In this document: positions 18,522-28,560 of the stretch, piece after piece
Layout of the letters: each line of letters opens with the position of its first letter
How positions within the stretch are numbered: the stretch's first letter is position 1
Source: Hyphomonas sp.
GTDB lineage: Bacteria; Pseudomonadota; Alphaproteobacteria; Caulobacterales; Hyphomonadaceae
Assembly: GCA_035437295.1 (NCBI GenBank)
Contig: DAOMXX010000001.1
Span: forward strand, 695 to 64,694
Length of the DNA stretch: 64,000 nt
Direction: 5' to 3'
Notes under the pieces: model-generated
Told to the model about the DNA's origin: nothing
The model's input: the letters and a program-made list of their open reading frames with translations, nothing else
The model's database searches: none
Position numbers and translations under genes: made by a program

Positions 18522-18616
18522 GGGCCTCGTGTCTTCACCTCCAGGTGATTTGCCAAGGTGAGGTATCGGTCGTCACTTCAGCTTAAAGTGCATGAGTCTA
18601 TTCGAGGAGAAATAAG

Positions 18617-19144
18617 ATGATGAAATCAACGGTATTGGCGTGCGTCGCATGCGCACTGTTTTCTGGATCTGCATTCGCAGGGCCGGAGAAGTTTGTGCCA
18701 GGCGCTTATATTGAAGGGTTCGGCAGGTACGCGCCCGTCGCCGACGCGGCGATCACGCCTGATGTGCAGTTCAAGATTGCGTATGATGTTTCGAGTGCTG
18801 CTGAGGCGGGACAAATTAACCGGGGCATCGAAAGCGCTGCGCGCTTCCTCAACATGGTGACTGCAGCAGGCGTTCCAGCAGAAAATGTGAAACTGGCGAT
18901 CGTCGTGCACGGGGCCGCTGCCGCCGATCTCCAGCGTCTGTATGCTGACGGAACACCAAATCCAAATGCTGCGCTCCTGGAGGCACTGATTGCCAAAGGC
19001 GTTTCTGTGCAGCTGTGTGGTCAGACCGCCGCCATGCGTGATGTGGAAGCCTCAAGCCTTGTTCCTGGTGTGGCAATTTCTCTGTCAGCGATGACAGCTC
19101 ACGCTTTGCTCCAACAGGCCGGGTATACCGTCAACCCGTTCTAG
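18617..19144 (+). CDS. Periplasmic DsrE-family protein
   Basis: Signal peptide (AFA), VVHG, LCGQT, GAGGAG RBS. Confidence 0.85.
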   Translation: MMKSTVLACVACALFSGSAFAGPEKFVPGAYIEGFGRYAPVADAAITPDVQFKIAYDVSSAAEAGQINRGIESAARFLNMVTAAGVPAENVKLAIVVHGAAAADLQRLYADGTPNPNAALLEALIAKGVSVQLCGQTAAMRDVEASSLVPGVAISLSAMTAHALLQQAGYTVNPF

Positions 19145-19167
19145 GGTTGAACGCGGTTCGGGTAGAC

Positions 19168-20235
19168 TTAGTCCCGAATGATCTTGTCCGACTGCGCAGG
19201 CAGTTGAAAGACCATGCCATCCCGCCCTACGACGACGTCGCCGCTGAATTGCTGTTTCGCGTCGCGAGCGAAATAAGCGTCAAGCAAACGGCTCGGCGCG
19301 GGCGGGATGACGTGGCTGAGTACCAGGAGATCCACGCCAGCGATGCTGGCGCTGGCTCCTGCATCTTCTGTTGTCGTATGAATTGGTTTGATTTCCTGAA
19401 AGATCGTTCCGAGCCGGCTTCGACCGGAAGCGTTGAAGCCCTCCGTCATGACATCAATCATCTCTGGATTCAGCGCTTCATGAACGAGGATATCGGCGCC
19501 ATCTGACGCAGTCTCCAGGATGTCCGACTTGGAAGTGTCGCCGCTGATAACAATCGATCGATCCTTATAATCGAATCGATAGCCGACGGCGGGATGAATT
19601 CCGCCATGATCGACTGCAAATGCGGTGATCGACAGGTCACCCTCGGTGAGAATTTCTTTCTGCTCGCCCGGCATGATGTCGAATTCGGAAGTGATCCCCC
19701 CATATCCGGACATTGGCATCAAGTCGCCGTGATGCAGGATCCTGTAGTCTCGGTCATGTGAAAGAAACTGGTTGATCAGTGTAACGATCTCATTGGTGCC
19801 GCGCGGCCCAATCACCTTCATCGGCTTGTCTGCGCCCGTATTCGCCCATCTCTGGATCATGAGATCACCAAGACCGTTGATATGGTCAGAATGAAAATGT
19901 GTGAGGAGAATTGCTTCGGCGTAATCGAGACGAATGCCATTGGGTGAGAAGCTTCTCGATGCGCCCTCGCCAACATCCACGATGTACATTTTCTTGCCGG
20001 CGATGATGGCCTGGCAAGGGCCTGCGCGGGAAGGATCTGGCATGGGTGATCCGGTCCCGCAGAGGAACAGATGCAACCCATCATCAAGTTCAGCAATGAC
20101 GTCCTTGTTCATTGCGTTGGGCGTGGCGCGTTTGTAGGCGAACTCGCCGATCCTGTCGCGCTGCAGGTTAAATCCCACTGCAAGGATAGCAGCAAGAACT
20201 GCGGCACCACCAACGATCATAATTAATTTCTTCAT
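19168..20235 (-). CDS. RNase Z/AtsA-like MBL-fold hydrolase with N-terminal anchor
   Basis: CGTGSP, THFHSDH, VDH, SGDT, HT, SH. Confidence 0.85.
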   Translation of the reverse strand: MKKLIMIVGGAAVLAAILAVGFNLQRDRIGEFAYKRATPNAMNKDVIAELDDGLHLFLCGTGSPMPDPSRAGPCQAIIAGKKMYIVDVGEGASRSFSPNGIRLDYAEAILLTHFHSDHINGLGDLMIQRWANTGADKPMKVIGPRGTNEIVTLINQFLSHDRDYRILHHGDLMPMSGYGGITSEFDIMPGEQKEILTEGDLSITAFAVDHGGIHPAVGYRFDYKDRSIVISGDTSKSDILETASDGADILVHEALNPEMIDVMTEGFNASGRSRLGTIFQEIKPIHTTTEDAGASASIAGVDLLVLSHVIPPAPSRLLDAYFARDAKQQFSGDVVVGRDGMVFQLPAQSDKIIRD

Positions 20236-20361
20236 GGACGATCTCGCTTTGAAAAGCATCAGGATCCGCAACTGCCCAGAGCGTGCGGGGACATCTGCGT
20301 TTGATGCTATCCATCAGGAAGTCCAAATCAAGTCTGCGCGATCTGAGGGGGGGCTCCGCTC

Positions 20362-20393
20362 AAAAAAGCGGCGGCAACCGAAGTTGCCGCCGC
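20362..20393 (-). terminator. Rho-independent terminator after the TBDR
   Basis: GCGGCGGCAAC-4 nt-GTTGCCGCCGC followed by T6 on the minus strand. Confidence 0.85.
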
Positions 20394-20454
20394 AGGCCAG
20401 AGCATTGGCCGAGGTGCCGCCGACCATGGCTATAGTGGCGGGGGAGGTCAGGGC

Positions 20455-22791
20455 TTAGAATTGGTAGTCGATCCCAAGGGTCACCGTTCTGGGGTCGCCG
20501 TAGAATGCGCTGAGGACGCCCTCAAGGCCGAGGGTTGGCGCTCCGGTCACCGGATTGATAAAATTGTATCCGGCAACCTTGTATCGCTCATCTGTCAGGT
20601 TCTTGCCGGTCAGCGAGAAGCCCCATCTGCTCCCGTCTTCCTGCCAGCGCAGGCTGAGATCATAGAGTGCGTAGGCTTCTTGATCGAGCGGACTGCGAAC
20701 TTCAAACTGGCTCGAATCGCCGCGGTAGGAAGTCAGCTGATTGATCGTCAGGCGGCCTTCCTTGAGCAGGATGTTGAATGGTGTGTCATAGGTGAGCCGC
20801 AGGCTGCCGGTCCATTCAGGTGTGTTCTGGAACACGCGCTGACTGGCGACATCGTTGCCGAAGGCATCGATGAACTCATCATACTGAGCGTCGATGTAGC
20901 CCAGGCTGAACCCGCTCGTGAACAGGTCTGATCCGTTAAACATTTCCTCGGCAAGGACGGCGGTCCCTTCCAGTTCTACACCCCAAAGCGTGGCGGCGCC
21001 GGCATTGGTTGTTACGCCCGTGAACGTATCGTTGATGCCATCGTTGTTGGTGTCGATACCAACCGAGCCCGGGACCTGAATGTCCTTGTAGTCCATATAG
21101 AACGCTGCAAGGCTCGTCTGCAGGCGGTTTGAGAACGTATTGGACTTCCAGCCGATTTCGTAGCTGTCGACTTCTTCCGGATCAAACTGCATGAAATCGA
21201 AAACTTCATCTGGCGTGACCGTACCACTCTGGTCGAAATCCGGCGCGGCAGACGTCTGGCCCCGCGGATCGAAGGAGCCGCCCTTGAAGCCTTGGGAGTA
21301 GGTGGCGTACAGCGTCTGGTCCGACGTCGGCTTGTAGGTAACAGAAACGCGCGGGCTGAAGTCGTCAAATTTGGCCGTGCCGTCGAAATTGGAGGTTGTG
21401 GCGATGGGAACGCCCGTACCGCCCAGCTCAGGCGAGAGGCCGCCGACAAGTGTTCGGCGCAGCACGATGGAGCGCCGCTCATCTTCCGTGTAGCGGCCGC
21501 CGACGGCGATCGTAAGCTGATCAGTCAGGTCAAATGTAAAGTCACCAAAGATTGACCATGTTTCCGTACTGACGTCCCCGATGGTCTGGGCATTCAGTCC
21601 CGGCGCTGAAATGAGCGCGCCCGTGGTTGCAAGGATGACATCAAAGACCGTCGAGGCATTGGCGTCCAGGTAGTAGGCGCCCAATATGCCGTTCAGCCGG
21701 TCGCCAGAATAATTGATCTGGAATTCGTTCGACAGCTGATCATTGAGGTTGATTGCCGGGACATCAACATCGGCTTCGGGAAGGGAGTCAAAGTCGATCG
21801 GACTTGAGCTTTCATCTTCACGGTAAGCGAGGATGTTCTTGAGTGAGATTTTGTCGTTGAGTTCGTACTCTGCAACCAGTGAGCCGCCTTTGACTTCGAC
21901 ATTTTGCTCGACGGCATTCAACCCGGCGCGTGTGTCATACACATTGCTGAGAACCGGATAGGTGAACGGCGGGAACCGGTCGGGAATGAGCCGATGACCC
22001 TGACGCGCATTTGACTCGTCACTCATATAGTCTCCAGCGACGCGGAGCTGGAACTGCGGCGTCACATCCCATTCCGCCGAAAGACGGTAAGCCGCGACAT
22101 CCTTGTTGTAGTTTTCTTCGCCAGTCGTCAGATTTTCGCCGAACCCGTCCCGAGTGAAGTAAGCAAGGCCGCCGCCGATGCGGACAGTCTCTGAGAGTGG
22201 TAGTGAACCCGAGGCGACGATGTCCGCCTGGTTGTATGACCCGTAGGCGCCCCGCGCCTTGAAAGCCGCTTCGTCGGAAAGGCCTTTGGTCACATACTTT
22301 ACAGCACCGCCAATGGTATTGCGGCCATAGAGCGTGCCCTGCGGGCCACGCAGAACCTCGATACGCTCAATATCATAGACTTCGAGCACCGCGCCTTGCG
22401 GCCGGTTGAGATAGACATCGTCAACATAAATGCCGACACCGGCTTCGAAGCCAGGAACGGGGTCCTGTTGCCCCACACCGCGGATGAACGCTGAAAGTGT
22501 GTTGTTTGTACCTCGAGAGACTTCCAGAGTCACATTGGGGGAAATCTTGGCGACTTCGTCCAGCGTTTGCACGCCGAGCCCTGCAAGCAGGTCGCCCTGA
22601 AAGGCGGAGACGGAAAGTGGCACATCAAGAAGGTTCTCTTCGCGGCGCTGCGCGGTCACGACTACCGCCCCCAAGCGGCGATCGCCTGATTCAGCCTCCG
22701 TTGTGCCAGGATTCTCCTGAGCATTTGCATATAGCGGCGTCAGAGCTGATGCTGCCAACGCAGCGTTCAGCAGGCATTTCAACCGGTCCAT
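20455..22791 (-). CDS. TonB-dependent receptor
   Basis: VVVTAQRREE TonB box, ERIEVLRGPQGTLYGRN, terminal YQF. Confidence 0.96.
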   Translation of the reverse strand: MDRLKCLLNAALAASALTPLYANAQENPGTTEAESGDRRLGAVVVTAQRREENLLDVPLSVSAFQGDLLAGLGVQTLDEVAKISPNVTLEVSRGTNNTLSAFIRGVGQQDPVPGFEAGVGIYVDDVYLNRPQGAVLEVYDIERIEVLRGPQGTLYGRNTIGGAVKYVTKGLSDEAAFKARGAYGSYNQADIVASGSLPLSETVRIGGGLAYFTRDGFGENLTTGEENYNKDVAAYRLSAEWDVTPQFQLRVAGDYMSDESNARQGHRLIPDRFPPFTYPVLSNVYDTRAGLNAVEQNVEVKGGSLVAEYELNDKISLKNILAYREDESSSPIDFDSLPEADVDVPAINLNDQLSNEFQINYSGDRLNGILGAYYLDANASTVFDVILATTGALISAPGLNAQTIGDVSTETWSIFGDFTFDLTDQLTIAVGGRYTEDERRSIVLRRTLVGGLSPELGGTGVPIATTSNFDGTAKFDDFSPRVSVTYKPTSDQTLYATYSQGFKGGSFDPRGQTSAAPDFDQSGTVTPDEVFDFMQFDPEEVDSYEIGWKSNTFSNRLQTSLAAFYMDYKDIQVPGSVGIDTNNDGINDTFTGVTTNAGAATLWGVELEGTAVLAEEMFNGSDLFTSGFSLGYIDAQYDEFIDAFGNDVASQRVFQNTPEWTGSLRLTYDTPFNILLKEGRLTINQLTSYRGDSSQFEVRSPLDQEAYALYDLSLRWQEDGSRWGFSLTGKNLTDERYKVAGYNFINPVTGAPTLGLEGVLSAFYGDPRTVTLGIDYQF

Positions 22792-22832
22792 TTCATCCTC
22801 CTGTGTTTGTTGAATATTCGGCGCAATTCAGA

Positions 22833-23630
22833 TCAGGTGATCAGGTACTGACGTTCTTCGTCGTTCTGTTGAATCGAGCCTTCCAAGCCTTCCGGAAATG
22901 CGGCTGATCCATCCGGGGCATACTGCAGAACGTAAGTTTTTCTGGTTTGCGCAGTGAGGTTGGGGCCGGTTCTGTGCGGTGTAAGCGAAGAGAAGACGAC
23001 GATGTCTCCGCGCTTGGCGGGCACTGCAATCGGTCCTTCAGGATCCGTGAGGCACTGCTTACCGTTCGGAGAATCCCAGTGATCAAATGTCCCGGATTTG
23101 TGCAGCCCCGGCGCGACCCAGGGGCAGCCATTGTCAAGCGTTGCCTCAGTCAGGGGAACCCAGCAGGTGAGGTACTGTTGTGGCTCGACATAGGTATAGC
23201 CATTGTCCTGATGCCAGGGGAATTCCTCGGGGTTTCCGGGCTTTTTGTAGACAGCCTGGTCCCAATAGAGCCGGGCTCGTGTGCCGAGCAGGTCATGGCA
23301 TAGCCGTTGAAACACCGGGTGCCGACTGAACTGCTTCAGTACGTTCGAGCTTTTGACCAGGTGAACCGTGAATGTGATTTGGTCAGCTCGAGCTATGCTG
23401 ATGCCCTTACCATAGGCCCGCAGCGCGTCTTCGCTTTTTTTCTCGAACGGAGCAATCGCCTGCTCGACATCGTCGATCTCTTCATCTGTGAACGCACCTT
23501 CAAGAAGGAAGTATCCGTGCTGATCGTAGGATTGAGCCTGATCTTCAGAAAGGATTTGAAAGGGCAACCGGGGCGCGGACCAGGAAAAAGCGCGGTTCAA
23601 CGGGTGCGGGCGCGGTCCAGATGGGGGCAT
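22833..23630 (-). CDS. Phytanoyl-CoA dioxygenase-family Fe(II)/2OG enzyme
   Basis: WHQD, NGCPW, PHRTGPN...R; GAGAGG RBS. Confidence 0.9.
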   Translation of the reverse strand: MPPSGPRPHPLNRAFSWSAPRLPFQILSEDQAQSYDQHGYFLLEGAFTDEEIDDVEQAIAPFEKKSEDALRAYGKGISIARADQITFTVHLVKSSNVLKQFSRHPVFQRLCHDLLGTRARLYWDQAVYKKPGNPEEFPWHQDNGYTYVEPQQYLTCWVPLTEATLDNGCPWVAPGLHKSGTFDHWDSPNGKQCLTDPEGPIAVPAKRGDIVVFSSLTPHRTGPNLTAQTRKTYVLQYAPDGSAAFPEGLEGSIQQNDEERQYLIT

Positions 23631-23654
23631 AGCAGGGCATCCTCTCAATATGAC

Positions 23655-23823
23655 TAACCAAATGGATATTGAAAAATGGGCAGAGCCGCAAGGGGCTTGA
23701 ATTTTGGATAGCGCTAATTGTGCGCTTTCAGTCACAGTGACGGTTCAATGCGTTCGACTTGGGTTAAATAGATTTTGACTATCCAAATGGATATGTGTAG
23801 CGAAATCGGTATCCAAGTGGAGA
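23655..23823. promoter_or_regulatory. Three copies of palindromic operator TAWCCAARTGGAKA in a divergent promoter
   Basis: 23655 TAACCAAATGGATA, 23780 TATCCAAATGGATA (overlapping TTGACT), 23810 TATCCAAGTGGAGA. Confidence 0.8.
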
Positions 23824-23874
23824 TGAGCCGAAAAGGCCCGGGCTTGGGAGGAAAACTCTGGAGGAGGACCGCAA

Positions 23875-26178
23875 TTGAAAAAGTTCATTTTGGGCGTGCA
23901 CGTAAGTGTTCTCGCGATTGCCGCTGGCGCGGGCGCAGCCGCCGCTCAGGAAGAGGGTGATGACGCGGAAGCGCGCCGCCGTCTCGAAACGGTTGTTGTG
24001 ACAGCGCAGAAGCGTGAGCAGGACCTTCAGGATGTTGCGCTTGCGGTTAGCGCCGTCTCCGGGGACGCACTGAAAAACCTCAATCTCAATAATCCGACAG
24101 AACTGAAATACGTTGCGCCAAGTGTCAATTTTTCGCCTTCTGCCAACGTGCGCGGTGAGGGATTTTCTGTCCGCGGTGTGGGCACCGTGATTTTTGCTGA
24201 CTCAATCGAGCAGAGTGTTGGCACTGTACTTGATGGCGTACCGCTGGCGCGGACAGGGCAGGCGGTGGCTGATCTGATTGACGTTGAACGGGTAGAGGTT
24301 CTGCGCGGTCCCCAGGGAATGCTTTTCGGCAAAAATGCCTCGGCTGGTCTGATCAGCATCACGACACGCCGGCCGGAGTTTGCCAATTCATTGGATGCTG
24401 GCGTTTCATTTGCAACACGAAACGAGATCAAAGCAGAGGTGACTGGAAACGCAAAGTTATCCGACACTCTCGCCGTTCGGGCATCTTATGCATCAACCGA
24501 GCGCGACGGATACATCCGGAACATTCTGCGCAATGAAGATCTCAACAATCGAGATTCGCAAGCGGTCCGGGCCAAAGTCCTTTTTGAGCCAAATAGCGAC
24601 TTCAGCCTATATGTGGTTGGTGACTGGGGCGAGAGCGAGTCGCTTTGCTGTCTCTGGACCGCTCGCTCAGCACCGGCTGGTTCACTCTTCGCAAATTTAA
24701 ACGCGGCAGCCGGAATCACACCATCGCCGTCAAACCGCGAGAATGCAGCCGATCAGCGGATCTTTCAGGATACGAGTACCTGGGGCACATCGGCTGAGGC
24801 CAGTTACGACTTCTCTTCTATGACCCTTACTTCTCTGTCGGCGTATCGGCGGTGGACTGTCAATGACAACAACGACCCGGATATTCTCCCGGTAAATCTC
24901 CTGAACATCAACTCAGGAGACAGCGAGGTAGATCAGTACACGCAGGAAGTACGTCTCTCGTCAGACGCAGCCGCGAAAGTCCAGTGGGTCGGGGGTCTCT
25001 TCTACAGCAAGGTTGAGAATGTTGGCCGCGGGGAGCAATCCGGGGCTTTCTTCCCGTTGCTGCCGCCCGGCGTGGTGTTGGGTTCGGTCATCACCTCGGA
25101 CTTTGAAAACGAGTCCTATGCCGTCTTCGGGGAGGTGGATGTTCCTCTAACCGACCGGCTGAACGTCATTGTTGGGGGGCGGTACACGGATGAGTCGCTT
25201 AGCCTGAATTTCACGCAGGGGCCTGCTCCCAATACTTTTGGGCAGCTCCCTGGTCGCTTTGCCGGCACCGTCAATGGAAGCATTGATGAGCAGAATCTTT
25301 CTGGGCGGCTAACGCTGAAATACCAGTTCTCTGAGGATGTCATGGGCTACGTTCTCGGTGCACGGGGGTACAAAGGTCCAGGCTTTAATACCCTCGGTGT
25401 TGTCAGCTCCCAGCCCGAGTTTGTGAAGCCTGAGATTCCAACCACATTTGAGCTTGGTCTCCGGTCAACCTTGTTCGGTGGAACGACCCTGCTCAACCTC
25501 GCGGCTTTTGATACCCGGTTTGAAGATTTTCAGGCCCAGAGTTTTGATCAGTTCGCCGTGCCGGCGCGCTTCACCGTCACCAATGCCGGAGAGCTGCAAA
25601 CCCGGGGCGTTGAAGCTGAGTTCCAAAGCATGCCTATGGAGGGCCTGCGGCTCTCAGGCAGTCTCGCCTATATCGATTCTGAGTTCACCGACTTCGAGAA
25701 CATCGCCTGCTATCCGGGCCAGGTACCGCTTCCGATTGGGACTCCACGAACCTCGCCGCGAGACTGTATTCTGGTGAACGCAACACAGGCGGTCACCACG
25801 GCGAATGGCAACCGGTTGCCGAACTCTCCCAAGCTTACCTACACACTCTCGGCGGACAAGACACACAAGTTCGGCAATTGGGAGCTTTCGGGAGGGCTGA
25901 ACTGGTTCTGGAGGGATGATGTGTCTTTCAGCGCTGCCGGTGACCCCCTGATGGAGCAAGAAGCCTATGGCCTGCTTGGGGCAAATATCAGGCTCGGACC
26001 TGCAGACGGCGGCTGGCGCCTGACACTGTTCGGAAAGAACTTGCTCGATGAAGACTTCGCCAACGTGGTCTTCAGTTCGCCGGTGCTCAATTCACCGGGC
26101 GTGTCGGTTCAACTACCCAGCCCTGAGGCTGAACGGATCGTAGGCATAAAGCTCGACGTTTCCCTTGGCGGGAAATAG
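23875..26178 (+). CDS. TonB-dependent receptor
   Basis: LETVVVTAQKREQ, ERVEVLRGPQGMLFGKNASAG; GGAGGA RBS with TTG start. Confidence 0.96.
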   Translation: MKKFILGVHVSVLAIAAGAGAAAAQEEGDDAEARRRLETVVVTAQKREQDLQDVALAVSAVSGDALKNLNLNNPTELKYVAPSVNFSPSANVRGEGFSVRGVGTVIFADSIEQSVGTVLDGVPLARTGQAVADLIDVERVEVLRGPQGMLFGKNASAGLISITTRRPEFANSLDAGVSFATRNEIKAEVTGNAKLSDTLAVRASYASTERDGYIRNILRNEDLNNRDSQAVRAKVLFEPNSDFSLYVVGDWGESESLCCLWTARSAPAGSLFANLNAAAGITPSPSNRENAADQRIFQDTSTWGTSAEASYDFSSMTLTSLSAYRRWTVNDNNDPDILPVNLLNINSGDSEVDQYTQEVRLSSDAAAKVQWVGGLFYSKVENVGRGEQSGAFFPLLPPGVVLGSVITSDFENESYAVFGEVDVPLTDRLNVIVGGRYTDESLSLNFTQGPAPNTFGQLPGRFAGTVNGSIDEQNLSGRLTLKYQFSEDVMGYVLGARGYKGPGFNTLGVVSSQPEFVKPEIPTTFELGLRSTLFGGTTLLNLAAFDTRFEDFQAQSFDQFAVPARFTVTNAGELQTRGVEAEFQSMPMEGLRLSGSLAYIDSEFTDFENIACYPGQVPLPIGTPRTSPRDCILVNATQAVTTANGNRLPNSPKLTYTLSADKTHKFGNWELSGGLNWFWRDDVSFSAAGDPLMEQEAYGLLGANIRLGPADGGWRLTLFGKNLLDEDFANVVFSSPVLNSPGVSVQLPSPEAERIVGIKLDVSLGGK

Positions 26179-26256
26179 CGCTCTGGTCTTGAAGGCGCGT
26201 GCAGCGGGCAGGTTGTCCGCTGCACGTTCATTTTTTGAATTGGCGAGAGAGCCTTG

Positions 26257-27669
26257 ATGTCAGAAGCTCCGAAGAATGCTATTGAAGTTAAGCTGAACGT
26301 GAGTGGTGCACCGCTGCCCGTTTGGCGCAAGTTGGGCTGGGCCGCAGGCGATAGCGGAATCAATTTGTTCTGGGGAATGATCGGGACGTTCCTCTTTTTC
26401 TTCTACACAGAAGTGATGCAAATTCCGGCACATTGGGCTGGCATCGCCTTTGCGATCGCGTCCATCTGGGATGGACTGACAGATCCGATCATGGGGGCGA
26501 TTGCAGACCGGACCCGGAGCCGCTTTGGCCGCTTTCGTCCCTGGCTTCTCTATCTCAGTCTTCCAACAGCTATCTCTTTCGTTCTGGTTTTCTCCGTTCC
26601 GCCCCTCACTGGCAGCTGGTTGATTGCCTACGCAATCGCAACCCACGTCGTGTTCAGGACGTGCTTCACTGGGATTAGCATACCTTTCAGCGCGATGTCC
26701 TCGACAATAACAACCGATTCCCAGGAGCGCAGCGCGCTTGCCGGCATGCGGATGTTCTTTGCCGGGATGGGCGGCATGTGCGTTGCATTTGCGGTGCCGC
26801 GTATTGTCGAAGCCTCGCAAACGCCAGCGACAGGCTACTTCGTTGCGAGCGTTTCCCTGGGAATAGCCGCCTTGATTTTGCTTCTCGTCTCATTCCTGTC
26901 CTCAAAAGAAGCGCCGCAGATCGAGATTGCGCAGGCGGATGACAAGCGATTTTTCTCGGGATTCATTTCTGACGCCCGCGCATTTTGGGGAATGTTGCTG
27001 GTGAATGGGCCGCTCGCCCGGCTCTTCGCATCCGTTATCCTGAGCTCGATCATGGTGTCCATGTACTCCAAGGCACTGCTGTACTGGATAAAATATGATC
27101 TTGAAGACATGTCGGTTATGGGTTGGCTCCTTCCACTCGGCGCGCTGATTGTTGTGGCGGCGTCTCCGATCTGGGCTCAGGTCTCGCGGCTCATATCCAA
27201 ACGTTCCGTGTTTCTTGTCGGAGTGGGCCTTAGCGTTCTTGCTATTGGAGCATTTTACGTCCTGAACCCACGAGATCATAAATTGCTCATGGTGCTGACA
27301 ATTATTGGCTCGCTGGGTGCGTCGGCCAAGTTCGTGATGTTCTGGTCAATGCTGCCGGACACGGTTGAGTTTCAGAATTGGCGGACGGGTGTTTCAAGTT
27401 CCGCGAAAATATTCGGCTTTGCGACTTTTGGTCAGAAAGTGGCGCTTGCCATCAATGCAGTGGCCTTCGGATACCTGCTAACGGCGGTCGGATATGTGGC
27501 AGACGTCCCGCCAACACCAGAAGTCAAACGTGCCATCCTGGCAATCATGTGCCTGATACCGATACTCGGTAGCCTCATATCTGCGGCGTTTATCTGGGGG
27601 TATCCGATCAGCCGATCATTCCATGCGCGTATCAAGCTGGAGATTGAGGAACGAGGCAAGGCAGTCTGA
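26257..27669 (+). CDS. GPH (MelB-like) glycoside:cation symporter, MFS
   Basis: WDGLTDPIMGAIADRTRSRFGRFRPW, IPFSAM, SMLPDTVE. Confidence 0.93.
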   Translation: MSEAPKNAIEVKLNVSGAPLPVWRKLGWAAGDSGINLFWGMIGTFLFFFYTEVMQIPAHWAGIAFAIASIWDGLTDPIMGAIADRTRSRFGRFRPWLLYLSLPTAISFVLVFSVPPLTGSWLIAYAIATHVVFRTCFTGISIPFSAMSSTITTDSQERSALAGMRMFFAGMGGMCVAFAVPRIVEASQTPATGYFVASVSLGIAALILLLVSFLSSKEAPQIEIAQADDKRFFSGFISDARAFWGMLLVNGPLARLFASVILSSIMVSMYSKALLYWIKYDLEDMSVMGWLLPLGALIVVAASPIWAQVSRLISKRSVFLVGVGLSVLAIGAFYVLNPRDHKLLMVLTIIGSLGASAKFVMFWSMLPDTVEFQNWRTGVSSSAKIFGFATFGQKVALAINAVAFGYLLTAVGYVADVPPTPEVKRAILAIMCLIPILGSLISAAFIWGYPISRSFHARIKLEIEERGKAV

Positions 27670-27671
27670 CA

Positions 27672-28382
27672 TCAGTTTCTGAAGAGTAAGCGGACGACCG
27701 ACTGCGCATGCTGCTCGACGAATGCGTCATCCAGGACGTTGATGCCATGGATTTCCCGTGCTTCTTCAGCAAGTGCGAAGACCAACTGGCTCGCTGCGGT
27801 CATGATGTAGATAAAGCTCACCGGTGAAATCTTGGGAATGTCGCCGCGGGCTATTGCGCGCTTGACCAAAGGCAGAAAGGAATTGTGAGCTGGTGAAATA
27901 TGCTGCTTAACAGCGTATGTGAGCCGGTCATTGCTGCGCATCGACTCCTGCAACATCAGGCGGGCGTGTTCCGGGTGCTTCGCGCTATATCGAACAAACC
28001 GAAGCACAAACGCTTTGAGCCCTTCCTTTCCGTCCTGTGTGCGGGGTTCGCCTGGTTCAACTGCGGTCTCGCGGTTCCACCTCTCGAAAAGATAATCCAG
28101 CGCAGCCTTCCAGAGCAGTTCCTTACTGCCAAAGTGGAGCCGGATGACCGCATGCGTCACGCCTGCATCAGCGCTGATATCCCGAACTGAAGCGGCTTCA
28201 AAACCCTTCTCAGCAAAATGGATGAGCGCGCTGTCCAGTATTCGTGTCAAAGTTTCCTGCTTACGCTGCTCGCGAACCGTCCCTTCATATTTTCGCTTTG
28301 GTTTATTTTTGGGTGTCCGGGCCGGCGCACGGGACGAGCTTCTTCGAGTGTCTGACTTGGAGGCGTTGGTCGACTTGGTCAT
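27672..28382 (-). CDS. TetR-family regulator
   Basis: FAEKGFEAASVRDISADAGVTHAVIRLHFGSKELLW HTH. Confidence 0.92.
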   Translation of the reverse strand: MTKSTNASKSDTRRSSSRAPARTPKNKPKRKYEGTVREQRKQETLTRILDSALIHFAEKGFEAASVRDISADAGVTHAVIRLHFGSKELLWKAALDYLFERWNRETAVEPGEPRTQDGKEGLKAFVLRFVRYSAKHPEHARLMLQESMRSNDRLTYAVKQHISPAHNSFLPLVKRAIARGDIPKISPVSFIYIMTAASQLVFALAEEAREIHGINVLDDAFVEQHAQSVVRLLFRN

Positions 28383-28532
28383 GCGAACATCATTTGTTTC
28401 GGAGGGTGGCTGCTTGCAATCATAAGCGTGCATCGCGGGTTGGGCCAGATAGGATTTTTACTCAATCCGCGGCAGTGGCGGAGAGTTTTGAACTTGATGC
28501 TTGCAATCACAACAGATGCGCGTCATTTTCAA

Positions 28533-28546
28533 TAACCAAATGGAAA
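28533..28546. promoter_or_regulatory. Fourth operator copy, upstream of GH5
   Basis: TAACCAAATGGAAA, 14 nt before the GH5 ATG. Confidence 0.65.
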
Positions 28547-28560
28547 TCGAAAGGTCCGGC

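Noticed and set aside
19168-20235. Housekeeping RNase Z (rnz)
   Set aside because: N-terminal membrane/export segment and catabolic context argue against it
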